A stretch of 62,966 bases of DNA, counting the filler, from Welwitschia mirabilis (lineage: Eukaryota), in NCBI GenBank assembly GCA_051453625.1. It is 5 parts of one record of this genome, joined end to end, with 100 filler letters (N's around TTAATTAATTAA, not from the genome) between each part and the next. Parts side by side here need not be neighbours in the genome. Positions count along the whole stretch, not along the records: positions 23,531 to 39,180 come from JBOZIK010000001.1; positions 39,281 to 46,786 come from JBOZIK010000001.1; 3 more parts are not named here. The stretch is one strand, 5' to 3'. Each line of letters opens with the position of its first letter. Positions within the stretch are counted from its first letter, which is position 1. Below are positions 27,910 through 40,797 of this stretch, one piece after another. Position numbers and translations under genes: made by a program. The notes beneath the pieces are model-generated. The model was not told where the DNA came from, did not search any database, and saw only the letters and a program-made list of their open reading frames with translations.

Positions 27910-29145
27910 TGTTGCACTGTCAAATTATATGTTTTTAATAGGATATTTTGAGTAGTTTTATAAGACATTAGATAGGTTTATGCTAAATTTTGATGATAAT
28001 AAGGAGCTAAGGTAAATGATTGTTAAGAAATAAAATCTACATTACATTTGATAGCATTTGAAGTAATTTACAATACTTTCTATCTAAAGTAATAGTCTTA
28101 TAATAAAAAGGCTAATGCTATATAAAAAATACCCACCTAATTATCCAAATGACTATATGGATGATAGAAATACTTAAACTAAGAAGGATACTTACTAAAA
28201 TCAATATAGTAACTGATGTGAAACTCATATGATGTGGCATCATCTCCTGTGATGCCTGGATGACTAGTAGGATGATACTTGAAATAAATGTTTTATCTAA
28301 ATTCACTAAACTTTGGCCATGTGGATTGCATCTTCTTACATTATTATTAGATTTATTAATGCCTCTATTATATTTTCTGATTTTAGAGTTTGTTTTATAA
28401 TAAATACCTCCTCTATCCTCGACTCCATATTTATCTTTATTGGCATAAAAAATTCTTGTGGTAGGAGATTGAAGGGATAGATATTCATCCATTGTTATTA
28501 CAAAGAAACGTCTTCTTTGGTATTGGGTTGTGTATCTTTTATTAAGATACTACTACTTTGTAACACAAATGTTGATTTTCTTTTAATTGAAACTCTATTT
28601 TTCTTTTTGTTTCTTTTTGTTATATGCACTCTCTTATAGTTATGTTACTTATAATTTCATGATAGCTTCTTTGGTAATATAGATCATGAGGGAAACCTTT
28701 ATTAAGGTTGACATTATTAGTTTAGGTCCATTATATTTCATTTCTTAGATTAACTTTGCATTGTTTTCATATTCTATTCCACATACCTGATAGCTTATGT
28801 TGGTCTTAGTTTGATGTTGACTTTCCTTAATTGATTTAGGTTATATAGGGCTTATATCAATAATATATTGATTTGGTAATTAGATAGATGTTGTACTTAG
28901 AATAGGACTTGCATTTCATTTGCATAGTATATTCATTTGCATTATGATTTAATTCTACTTTAAGGTTACATAATGTTTCATTTTCAAAATTAATTCTCTT
29001 TCTTCTTGCTTGCACTTTCAATGAGATTATGATATTTGGGTTAAATCCATTTATATTAGTGTATTGTGTTATGTAAAATCTATATATTTATGATTTACAA
29101 TATTGATTTGAGGATGTAACTTTTACACAAATATGCACCATAACA
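27910..29145 (+). repeat. 3' LTR of element C
   Basis: TGTTGCACTGTCAAAT...CACCATAACA. Homologous to 11402-12653. Confidence 0.9.
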
Positions 29146-32100
29146 CTTGACATTATTATAGTCATTGACTATTCAAGTGATACATTATGGATTCTATACA
29201 TTATGTCATGCATCATTAATTAGGTAATTTTATGATTTCTTCCATGAGGATTTTCTAGATTTGNNNNNNNNNNNNNNNNNNNNNNNNNNNNNNNNNNNNN
29301 NNNNNNNNNNNNNNNNNNNNNNNNNNNNNNNNNNNNNNNNNNNNNNNNNNNNNNNNNNNNNNNTTTTTACATTATGTAATGCATCATTAATTAGGTAATT
29401 TTATGATTTCTTCCATGAGGATTTTCTAGATTTGAATTTAGGTAAATATACAATCTTCTTCATGTTCGTAGTTGTCCATTTCCATTTTGCTCTTCTTATG
29501 TTTTTTCTTTCATATTTCAAAGTTATTTTCATACTTTTTCATCATAGATTTTCTTAATTATTTTTATTTCTATTTTCATCTTTCATTTGTAAAAGTTAAT
29601 TTTCTTTTTACGAATAAATTTCCTTCTTTTATGATGCTAATTTTTCCCATCTATTCTTTTTAATCTTTTTAAGTTTTATTTTCTTTAATTTTCTTTTTCA
29701 GTTTTAATGCATCTAGTACTATTTTTCAATAATTGTGAGTTCATGGAACATTTATCTTCCTTAGCTTCATGCACTTACCTCTTTTATCATGCCTTGATTT
29801 ATCATGATTCTTAGTCATTTTCCATCTCTTAGACTTTATTATACTTTTCTTTAACCTCTATGATATTATCTGAGATTTACTTATTCTATTGATACTTCAG
29901 TTTTTATCAATATTTTAAAAAAACCTATTGTCATCCTTATCCTCTAGATAATTGTGCAGAGGATACATAAATATTTTTTGAATAATTATCACTTTCATGT
30001 TTGATCTTTTTTAGGCTAAATTTGACCTTTTTTTTCATACACAGAATACTATTCCCAACCTACTTGTGTTGCTTACTTATATTTAAACTTGCATATTGGT
30101 CTTTTTAATCTTATGTTCATGTAATATAAGATGTATTGATTTATCTATGGGGGTGGGAGGTAGGAAATATATTTTAAGAAATTTTTTGAGTAAATTTTAA
30201 ATTTTTAAGGGTCATTTTTACAATTTCATAAAATATATTTGTAGTGTATTAATTTAATTCTGAATGCTTATTATTTTAGTAATATAAATTATGGATATTG
30301 TTTACTAAATTAAGTACTTAATAATAGAACAATTATTGTTTATTTTTCTTATAGTAAAAATATAAATAATTTATGAGACTATGGATGAATGAAATAGTGT
30401 AGTGATTGATTATTTGATATATATTTCCCTTATAGGTTATGCTTAAAAATTCAATGTTTAATCTATAAATATCATTTTCAAGTTATTACTTTTTTTGATG
30501 ATACACATGCATCACTTATCTAAGCTACTATGGCTATATCATATAATGATTCTTTTGTTTTAAATATTCAATATTTTTTTTGATGTAATAAATGTTTTAC
30601 ATGAGGAAATAATTGATTGGTAACTATTTTGATCTTATTTTCTAATAAGCATGATTGTAGGCAATTGATTTTATAGAATAATTTTGAAAAGCCTATCATC
30701 CCCATAATTATTTCGATGATAGACTAAGTGACATCATGGTTACTTAATTGGCCAAGGTAAAATATTTTAGTTTATTTAATTTTATTATTTACTATTGCTN
30801 NNNNNNNNNNNNNNNNNNNNNNNNNNNNNNNNNNNNNNNNNNNNNNNNNNNNNNNNNNNNNNNNNNNNNNNNNNNNNNNNNNNNNNNNNNNNNNNNNNNA
30901 CTAAGTTACATCATGGTTACTTAATTTGCCAAGGTAAAATATTTTATTTTATTTAATTTTATTATTTACTCTTGCTTACTAAGATTTATAACATTGATTT
31001 ACATATCCCTAGATAGTGTTTTATATTATTCAATTTACCTCACAATTATAGTGGTTCATCAACTTTATCAAGGATTAATAAGACTAAGTAAGAGGTTATG
31101 TTATGATGCCAAATTATATATTTTTGATGGGGTATTTTAAGTAGTTTTGTAGGAAATTTAGATGGTTTAAGAACAAAATTTCAATTATGAAGAGTTAAGG
31201 CAAAAATAATAAAAATGCGTAAATCCTAATACATTTGAAGGCATTTTATATTAATTTTGATACTTCACATTTTGGGGAGGGACTAATATTCTATAACATT
31301 AAATTCACTTGATTAAAAGCTTGAAGAGTTTGTTATTCCTTCCATACTCTAGACAATAACAAGAATAACACCACTTGCATGAAAATTAGGATGCTGATTA
31401 GACTAACATAAAGGCTAAATATAGAACTCTCTTAACATGGAATCATTTCCACTATTATCTAGATGACAATCTAATTTTAGTCAATGTACTAAACTTTACT
31501 AAACTTATACAATGTATCATATTCTTTATGTGTATCATTATGATTTATCATATGTCTATTAGAATTGTCTATTTTTGAGTATGTTGTTATCAATAAATAC
31601 CACCTTTGTTCTCAATTCTGATTATCTTCATTGCATAAAAAATTCTTATGACAAGAGATTAAAGGGCTAAAGGTCCATTTGTTAATTACAAAGAGGATTC
31701 TTCCTTGGTGGTATAGGCTATGTCTCCTTTATTAATGTACTATTACTTTGTAATAGAATGTTCGTTCAAGTTTTAATAGAAATCTTCTTTTAGTTTTTAT
31801 ATTCATGTGCATGTCCCTTATGATTTATTTTGCTTATGATCTTGTAATAGTTTCATTTGTGATATAGGTCATCAAGAACATCCCCTGTTAATGTTGAAAA
31901 CATTAGTTTAAGATTTGCATTGCATTTTATATTTCTTATATTAATCATTGCATATTTCCATATTCTATTTATACTCTTGATAGCTTAGGTTGATTAGGAT
32001 TAATGTTAATGATAGAGATTTGGTAGTTAAATACAATTACATTTAGATTAGTTTACATTTCATTGCATTGGATGTTTATTCTCTTGCATTATTTATTTTT

Positions 32101-32297
32101 ATTTCTTGAACCTTAAAAGAAAAATACTAAAAATACTTTATGAAAAGTAGTTCTCTTTCTTCTCACCTAGTGCCTTTTATGGATTATGACATTTTAGTCC
32201 ACTTTCCTATATATTTGTGTGTAGTATTTCTGCATATATTTGTAATTGATAGGATTTGATAAAGGACATAACATTTTCATAAATGTGCATTACAATA
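29146..32297 (+). mobile_element. Element D: 3' region plus 3' LTR (31099-32297) of a related subfamily
   Basis: The 3' region matches the reverse complement of E (34477-36100). Decayed PPT AAGTAAGAGG is followed by TGTTATGATGCCAAAT...CATTACAATA. Confidence 0.8.
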
Positions 32298-33318
32298 ATT
32301 AGTAATAGATTTTGTGAAGTTAAAGTATTATTTGATTATAATAATTGGGAAAAGCCTTACCTCCTTGATAGAAATCCATATCTTGAGTTGGATATTAGAA
32401 ATCTTCTTCATCTTACTAAACTTTCTAAGAATCTTTAAAAACTTCTTGAATCCTTTTTTTGAGTAGTGCCTTTAATGAATTATGCAATGATAATCATGAT
32501 TTATGATAATTTAATAAGAGATTATTTTTCAATGAAGTTTATGACTACTTCATCTCTTATTTAGATTCTAAAATTTGTGCTATCAAGGTTTTATCCTTTT
32601 ACTATCTTTACCTTAATTAATTTTACTCAAAAATGATCATAAACATTTTATGTTTTATCAATTGATTTCTATTTGGTTTGAACTTTTTTTTTAAAAAAAG
32701 TATAAAACCTAAGACCATAGAATTAGAAAAATAAATTTTCTCTTTTAAATAAAGTATTATATCTAAATAAAACTTGGTTTTCTGATAATTTAAGCTTGCT
32801 TTGGTATTTCCTTCTTATTTTATATTGATATGTTTCATTTATTGGTTTTTATTTCTGCCCTATTTTATATAATAACTTAACATCCAAATGGTTAGGTACT
32901 TATTTTTTAGAAAAATTACATTGTAATGGCTTATTTAAAATTTTCAATTTAAATACTAAGGATATTTAAAGAGTTAATAGATAAGGATTAAATATCTATA
33001 AGTAAATCATTGATCAAACTTTAAACATAATATAAGTACTCATCTTGGAAGTCCTTCTACCATTGTCTGAATTTTTCCTTAGCTTTTGGTGTATATTATG
33101 TTATCACTTGAAGATCTTTAACTTGGATTATATTTCACTTTATAAAGTTACCATGCCTAGTAATATTTTACTTGAACATTACAAAGTGATAAAATTGGAT
33201 TAATCTAATTTTAAGACACTTGTACATCTATGAACTTCATCTTGAAGGAAGATTCTTTGGTTCTTTTATTCTCTCTCAATGTTATGAGTTATTTTTCTTA
33301 ATTATTTGGGTGTGTATT
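32298..33318 (+). mobile_element. Fragment F: internal piece of non-autonomous Athila-like derivative
   Basis: An unknown segment (FNKRLFFNEVYDYFISYL) is followed by the integrase tail KWLGTYFLEKLHCNG (~32886) and the start of the conserved 3' block. Confidence 0.7.
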
Positions 33319-34476
33319 TGTTATGGTACATATTTATGCAAATGTTATGTCCTTTATCAAATTCTATCAATCAAAAATATATGCGCAAATACAACACACT
33401 AAAATAAATGAGAGTTAATCTTAATGTTATAATTTGTTGAAGGCAGTAGATAAGAAGAAAGAGAATTGATTTCACAAGATGTATTTTTGTATTTTTCTTT
33501 TATGGTTCTAAATGAAAATCAACAATGCAAAAAAATCACATTAAAGTAATGCAAATTCAAACTACTCTAAATGTAATATCTATAATCTCTATTATTAAGA
33601 ACATCCTTTTATAGCTTAGATTAATTAAGGAAACTACCACTAACCCTAACCAATTTAAGATATTAAGTTTGTCAAATAGAATATAGAAAACTTATAATGA
33701 TCAATCTATTAAATATGAAATGCAAAGTAATACAAGATTCTAAACTAACAATTTCAACCTTGATAAATATTACCCTTAATGACCTATATCAATTATGAAA
33801 CTATCACAAAATTATAATCAAGATAGACCCTAAGGGATATGCACATGAATATATAAAATTAAAGCACAATTTTTATTGTTTCTCAAACCTATGTCCTATT
33901 ACAAAGTAGTAGCACCTCAATAAAGGAGAAACAACTTAACACTAAAGAAGACTCCTCTCTATAATTAATGGACAAATATTTCAGCCTTTGGTCTACTATC
34001 ATAAGAATTTCTAGTGCTAAAGAAGATGATTAAAGTTAAGGATGAATGTAGTATTTATTAATAAAAACATATTAAAAAATAGAAAATTTAATATATGTAA
34101 CCAAAACCCTAATAGTGTATGGAAAAAACATGATACATTGCATAAGTTTGATGAAGTTTGGTATACTAACTAAAATTAGGTATTATCCTTCTAGTTATCT
34201 AGATTAAGATAGGGATGTTGCCAAGTCAAGAAAGTTCAACATCTTAGTTAGCATGCAAGTGGTAAGTAAATTTTTCCTTGTAAAACACTAATTCCTTCTA
34301 AAAATGTAAAGTATTATAATTGATCTAAAAAGCCTCCAAATATTGTAGTACTTGCATATTTATGTGATTTTCTCCTTAACTATTAATAATCATTGTTTTC
34401 CACTTAAACGTATTTAAATATCTTTCAAAACTACTCAAAATACCCCATTAAAAACATATAATTTAGCACTGCATCA
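33319..34476 (-). repeat. 3' LTR of element E
   Basis: Minus strand reads TGATGCAGTGCTAAAT...GTACCATAACA. Homologous to the A/C/D LTRs. Confidence 0.85.
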
Positions 34477-37400
34477 TAGCCTTTTACTTAGCCTTCTTAG
34501 TCCCTAATAAAGTTGGCAAATAACTATAATTGTAAGACAAATTAACTAGAATAAATATTAACTAGAAATATATAAATTAAGTTTAGAATTTCACTATGTA
34601 GGATTAAATCTTAAAGTCAAATAAATTAAATTGTTTTACCTTGTAGGTAATGTAATCATGCTATCATTTGCTTGTGATCTAGACAATAGTGGGAATAATA
34701 GGCATTAAAAAATAAATATGTAAAATCAATTACCTATAATCATGATTATTAAAAACTAAGATGAAAACACTTTCCCATGATTTAGCCCCTTACTTAAAAC
34801 TTTTAGCACATTAAAAAGATAAAGACTGAAAGTTATAATAAAGATAATCATCATAATATATAACCATAGTTACTTATACAAATGATCTTCATGTATAATC
34901 ATAAAAATTAATAATAGCAAAAATTATATTCATAATTAAAAATTTAAGTTTTTAAGTATACTATATAAGAAAAAATATATAAAAAATAATCAATCATAAC
35001 ATTATTCTCTTCATTCATGGTCTTATGAATTACCTGTGTCATTCTTGTAAGGAAACGAAACTACAAGTATTTTAGTATAATAACTAAAATAATATCCATG
35101 ATGCATCTCATTCAAATAATACATGATTAGAATCAAATCACTATAGTTCAAATATGTCTTGTAGAAATGTAAACATAACCCTAAAAAAAAAATTACTCAC
35201 AATATCTCAAAATATATGTTTTGCTATCATTATATGTGAATCAATACATCTCATATTACTATAACATGTTAAAAAAAAATATTAATATGCAAGTTAAGTA
35301 CAAGTAAGCAAAACAAGAGGGACTATAAGAAGTATTCTATGCATGAAAAGAAAGGTTTAAAAGAGGTGGAAAAAGATGGAATAGAAAGATGATGCATCTT
35401 AGAAAACATGTATGCATCATTAGATTGGTTGTCTAGATGATACGGCTTATAAAAATATTTAAAAAATTGAAATTATTAGTAGAATAAGTTAGCCTTAAAA
35501 AACCTTAAAGAGGTTTCTAAAAGATATTAGAGAGTTTGAAAGATGAAAGATGGCTAAGAACTGTGATAAATCAAGGCATGATAAGAAAGTGAATTTATAA
35601 TGTAGTGAGCTAAGTAAGATTCTTAAATGTTTCATGAACTTATAATTATTAAAAAATAGGGTGCATCCACACTTAAAAAAGAAAACTAAATAACTAAACT
35701 TAAAAATATTCAAAAGAATAGATGGGAAAAAATTAGCATCATAAACTAATTAAACATTACTTAGTTAAAAAGAAAATCAACTTTTATAAAGAAAAACTAC
35801 AAAGGAAGATAAAAACCAACAAGAAATATATTAAATAATAAATTTTTAATCATTTTTGATGAAAAAGTAGGAAAATGACTTTGAAATACTAAAGAAAACA
35901 ACTAAGAAAAATGAAATAGAAATGGACAATTAGGAACATGAAAAGGATTGTATACTTACCATAAATTTAAACCTAGTAAAACCTTATGAAAGAAATCATA
36001 AAATTACCTAATTAATGATGGATGACATAATGCAAAAAATTCATAACTTATCACTCTAATAAGTAGTAATTATAAGGATGCTAAGTAATAAATGTTTTTA
36101 AACAATAATTGATAAGATCAAAAGCTACTCAGAAATGGACTCATCTGTTCACACCCTAAAATGCACCTAAATTCTCAAAAGTGAAATGATCATGTCAAAA
36201 AATTGTAAGCACAATGAATCTAGGGAATAAGTAATGCCTCTCATAACACTTAGAGTACCACTAATCTCATAGCCTTAAAGTATTTTATTTTAATCCATGA
36301 TAAGGAGAGTGCAACCATAGTCAAAGAAGTAGGAACCCATGAAGCATGACTAATTGACATTCTGGAGGAGTTTCCATATCTATCAATACTACTAAAAGTC
36401 CCTCTCATGAAAATTTACCCTAGTGTGTAGGACATTATGGTGATCATATATTTAGGAAGGAAATAATAGATCATGATTCAGCTATATTTCTTTAATACTT
36501 CTTCAAAATAAATCCCATATGATGACATACTATTGAAGATGAAGATAAATAAATGAGATGAAAAATAAGAAAGAACTTTCCCAAAGAACTAAAGACTCTA
36601 ACCATTGAGAGAAAATATAAAAAACCAAAGCATTTTATTTTAAAATAAAGTTCATAAATATTTAAGTGTTTTAAGATTGGGTTAATTTAATCTTATCACT
36701 TTGAAATGCCCAAGTAAAAATTTTAGTCATGGTAACTTCATAAAGTAAAATATAAGTCAATTTTAGAAGAGGTTTAAGTGATAACATGATGTCCACCAAA
36801 ATAATTGGCTAAGAAAGAATTACAAACAATGGAAGAAGGACTTTCAAAACAATTGCTTCTTATCATATTCAAGGTTTAATAACTTATGGATTTTTAACCC
36901 TTATCTATTTTTTTTGAATTTACCTAGTGTTTAAATTAAAAATCTCAACTAAACCATTAAAAATATACTTTTTCCAAAATATAAGAACCTAACCATATAG
37001 AATTAATTTATAAAAAATGAAAATTAAAGATAGAAACATAACAATATAAAATAAAAATAAAATACCAAAGACAACTTAAAATAAATTTTATTCAAATAAT
37101 AAATCCTACTCAACACTTTATTTGCAAGAAAGAAAAAGAAAAAGAAAAAAGAATTTATTCAAGTCCTAGAGTATTGTATTTTATTAGAAAAATAAGAACC
37201 AAACAAAATAGAGACCAATTGATATAGCATGAAAGGCACATATGCATAACAAGGTAGAATTTTTATTCCATAAAATTTATTTTAAATATGAGAGATGAAG
37301 ATTTTAGATATTTTATAAAAGAATAATATATTATCAAATATATGATATGAAGAATTCCAAATATAAATTCTATCTAAAGATTGATATTGAGGATGAAAAA

Positions 37401-38856
37401 ATTAATGATATGATTAGAAAACATAAACTTTAAAGAAATATTTTTAATATGAATGATGACAGTAGTTTTAATATACTTAAGAAGTTCTTTAAGTCTTATT
37501 TCTAAGTGTAGATCATTAAAAAGATAAAATATTTTAGAATTTAAAAGTCTAAGATATTTCAAGTTATACTTTGGAAAAGGATTATTATCATAAGCTAAAC
37601 CAAACTTAGTGGGATAGGGAAAGATGTTTCTTTGAATATTTTTAAGAGAGTTAAATTATTGTATTAAAAAGGATAAGTTTATTTTTCATCAAGTTTGATC
37701 AAATTTGTATAGGTTTTTTAGTATTCTTCATCTCCTTATTATTGTCTTTGTTCTTACTATGTTGAATATTATATGTACTTTTATGATTGGTAACTATATC
37801 TTTTCTTTTTTCATTGTTCTTATTTCTCTCTTGTTAATTTTTGATTTTTCTAACTATCAGTTGAGAATGTTATTCAGATGATAGAAGTGAACAACAGGGT
37901 TTATAAGATAATTTTTTAATTAAGTTCATATGTCAAACTTCTTTCTTATTAATATATTTTACTTCTTCATCCTTATCATCAAAATTATTCATTTTTGTTA
38001 GATTATTGTGCAAGATTAAGTCTTGTAGAATTCTTAATTTATCTTCAACTAGATGATGTTATACAAATAAAGTTGATTTAGCTCTTTTTTCTAAGTTTTT
38101 CTCATCATTCATATATTTTTCAGTAGCATCAAAAACTCTAATAGTGTATCTATTATTACCAATTTAGAATTTCATTAATCCATTTCATGTATTTATGATG
38201 CAATAAGTAGTTGCATAAAAGGATCTTCCTAAAAGTAGTGAATAACTTCTATCATATTGTACTTTAATTATAACCACATCTATAAGGTAAAAGACTTCTT
38301 CTATTTAGATAACTAAGTTTTTAATGTGTCCTACATGTTTCTTGGTTGATGTATTAGCTAATTATAAGGTGATATATGTAAGTGTAATTCTTTCTTCTAA
38401 CTCAAATATTTTGTAAATATGAAGAGGTATGATGTTTATACTTGCTTCTATGTCAATTAAAGATTTTCTAATTTTCTTATTTTCTTCTAAAGTAATGCTT
38501 ACTATAGCTACCCTAGGATCTTATGCAAGGAATACTTTACTTAATATAATATATTTTTATTTTTATTTGTTTTAAGTAGGTCTTTCCATAAATTAGCATA
38601 TTTTGGATTTTTTTATAAGAGCTTCTAAAATGGTGAGTTAATATTATTATCCTACATTAAGGATCTTAAATACTCATTAAAAGTAGGATTTGTATTCAAT
38701 TTATTAACCTAAGGGGTAGCTTATCTTTTCCTTTTATTTATTTCTAAAGGATCATCTAAAGTTAAAGAAAAATTATATGTTTTTAAGATTTCTATATCAT
38801 CCTCTTCCTTACCTTCTTCATTATCTTTGGAAGTGAAGTTTTATGGGTAGGTGGTG
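33319..38856 (-). mobile_element. Element E: non-autonomous Athila-like derivative (gag end and protease, no RT/RH/IN core)
   Basis: 3' LTR 33319-34476, PPT ~34477-34492, 3' region, integrase tail (~36880-36995), unknown segment ~37000-38100, and protease DPRVAIVSITL..SLIDIEASINIIPL (~38150-38520). Interrupted at 38857. Confidence 0.8.
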
Positions 38857-39180
38857 TGTTGCGATGTGTATTTGTGCAATAGTTCATGTTTCAATTTCAA
38901 TCCTGTTAATTATAAATAAGATGCAAAATATAACACACTAGTATAGATGGAGTGATCCAAATGTCGTAATTCTATCGAAGGCCAAGGGTATGGACAATAA
39001 AGAGTTGATTTCAAAAAGAAATATGTAACTCTAATCTATTGAATTAAATTGCAATGCATGAAATAAAATAGCAATGCAAGACTAATCTATAAAAATAAAT
39101 AGCGATGCACCTAATCTAATTTAGCTCAACCTTAATGAAGGCTGCCCTCATAATCTATATAATTAAAGAAACCTGTCACG
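38857..39180 (-). repeat. LTR terminus of younger Athila-like subfamily inserted in gag of E
   Basis: TGTTGCGATGTGTATTTGTGCAAT... is highly similar to 488-690. It runs into a scaffold spacer. Confidence 0.88.
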
Positions 39181-39280
39181 NNNNNNNNNNNNNNNNNNNN
39201 NNNNNNNNNNNNNNNNNNNNNNNNTTAATTAATTAANNNNNNNNNNNNNNNNNNNNNNNNNNNNNNNNNNNNNNNNNNNN

Positions 39281-40797
39281 AATTTCAAAATCTTGTGTAC
39301 CTTCACTATTTTGATTTGTTTCTATTTCAAAATTTATCAAACCTTCTTTGATGTTTTCAGTAATCAACTATTACTCTCTTTAGTATTTTTCCTTTTTTTT
39401 AATCCTTACCATTCATAATCTGTCTTAGATCTATAAAAGTGTTGTCTCATACGTCGTCTAGATGATAACCTAAATGACGAAAACAAAGAAATCATAAGAA
39501 AAGAAAAAGTAGAAAATGGGATTGTCATCCACTATGACATCTAGACAAAGGAGGGGACGATGATACTGATGCTGTAAAAATTTAACAGAAAAAACTAAAA
39601 CCAAAAAACTTATAATAAGTACTGTTACACTACTACTACAGCAAACATCTAGAATATTTACCAAAGTAATAACTACTCTTAAACTTCAAGTAGTCTTCCC
39701 TGACAATGGTGCCAAGATGTTTTAGTGTGTATTTATATAACATTTACATTCTGATTTGAATCCTATTAATCAAAAATAATATGCACAAACACAAGACACT
39801 AATATAGATGGGAGTGACTCACATGTTGTAATCTATTGAAGGCCAAAGTATGAAAATAAAAGAGTTGCTTTCAGGATAAAAATATGGTAATCCTAATCTA
39901 TAGAAATAATTTGAAATGCATGGAAATGAAATAAAACACACTTGTACAAGTCTATTCTAGGAAAGAAAATAGCTATGCACCTAAACTAACTAAGCAAATC
40001 CTTAATAAAAGTTGCCCTCATAATCTATATCATAAAAAACGTTTGTCACCAAATCTCAAATAACATAAGCTATAAGGGAGAAGATCATTTATACATTTGA
40101 ATATAAAAGAAAATATTTCATATTAAAATATGCATGTCACATCCGTATTACAAAGTAGCTACTCCTCAATGGAGGAAATGTTATCCAACACCAAGAGAAC
40201 GTCTCTCTAAAATTATAGAATGGTTCTCTAGTCCTTTGATATCCTATCATGAGTATGTCAGGTACTATTAAATATAATTAGGAATCAAGGGAGAAACTTT
40301 TATTTATAAACTCAAAACAAGATAGGAAATTGATAGAAAAGCATTGGAAAAACCCTAACTGCCATGCCAAGAGAAGTCGCAATAAGGTGGCAAAAGCTTA
40401 GGTAAACATTCAGTGTAAGTGTCATTCATCTGGATGATATAGAAGACTATGCCAACTAACAAATAGATTCTTATTTGCTTCTAGTTTAACTACCTATGAA
40501 ACCTATTATTGACTAGTTGCGTAGTCATTCATACTGATGTCTGGACGATGAGTTGGACGATGGCCTTTAGTGAATCTTCAGTCAATCCAATTGCTTTGTT
40601 ATTTGTAGGAATTATCATCCAAAAATATCATTTAGTCCTATCTACATAGAATTCTTGTAATTTATTTGGAAATTGCATGTTTTCATTCTTTTCATCTTGG
40701 TTCTCCATTATCATAGGAACTAAGCATTTATCTACCAGTTTACCTGCAAAATAACTCAGAATATTCTATCAAATACATGTAAGTTGGTAGTGCAACA
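39281..40797 (-). mobile_element. Complete 5' LTR (39718-40797), PBS (39697-39714) and leader of an Athila-like element
   Basis: Minus strand reads TGTTGCACTACCAAC...CACACTAAAACA-TCT-TGGCACCATTGTCAGGGA. The leader is homologous to positions 40-466. Confidence 0.88.

Larger units (their letters stand above)
23531..29145 (+). mobile_element. Element C: 3' half of an Athila-like element (integrase tail, 3' region, accessory ORF remnant, 3' LTR)
   Basis: Colinear with A 6870-12653. Its 5' part is cut by the scaffold spacer at 23431-23530. Confidence 0.9.

Noticed and set aside
28118..28492. 124-aa ORF with hydrophobic tail, antisense in LTR
   Set aside because: It lies inside an LTR and the homologous LTR copies give no equivalent ORF in the track. 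Most likely chance.
33319..40797. Pairing LTR 39718-40797 with LTR 33319-34476 (or with 38857) as one element
   Set aside because: Flanks do not form a TSD (GTATT or TGGTG vs TAACT), the LTRs look like different subfamilies, and a scaffold spacer intervenes.
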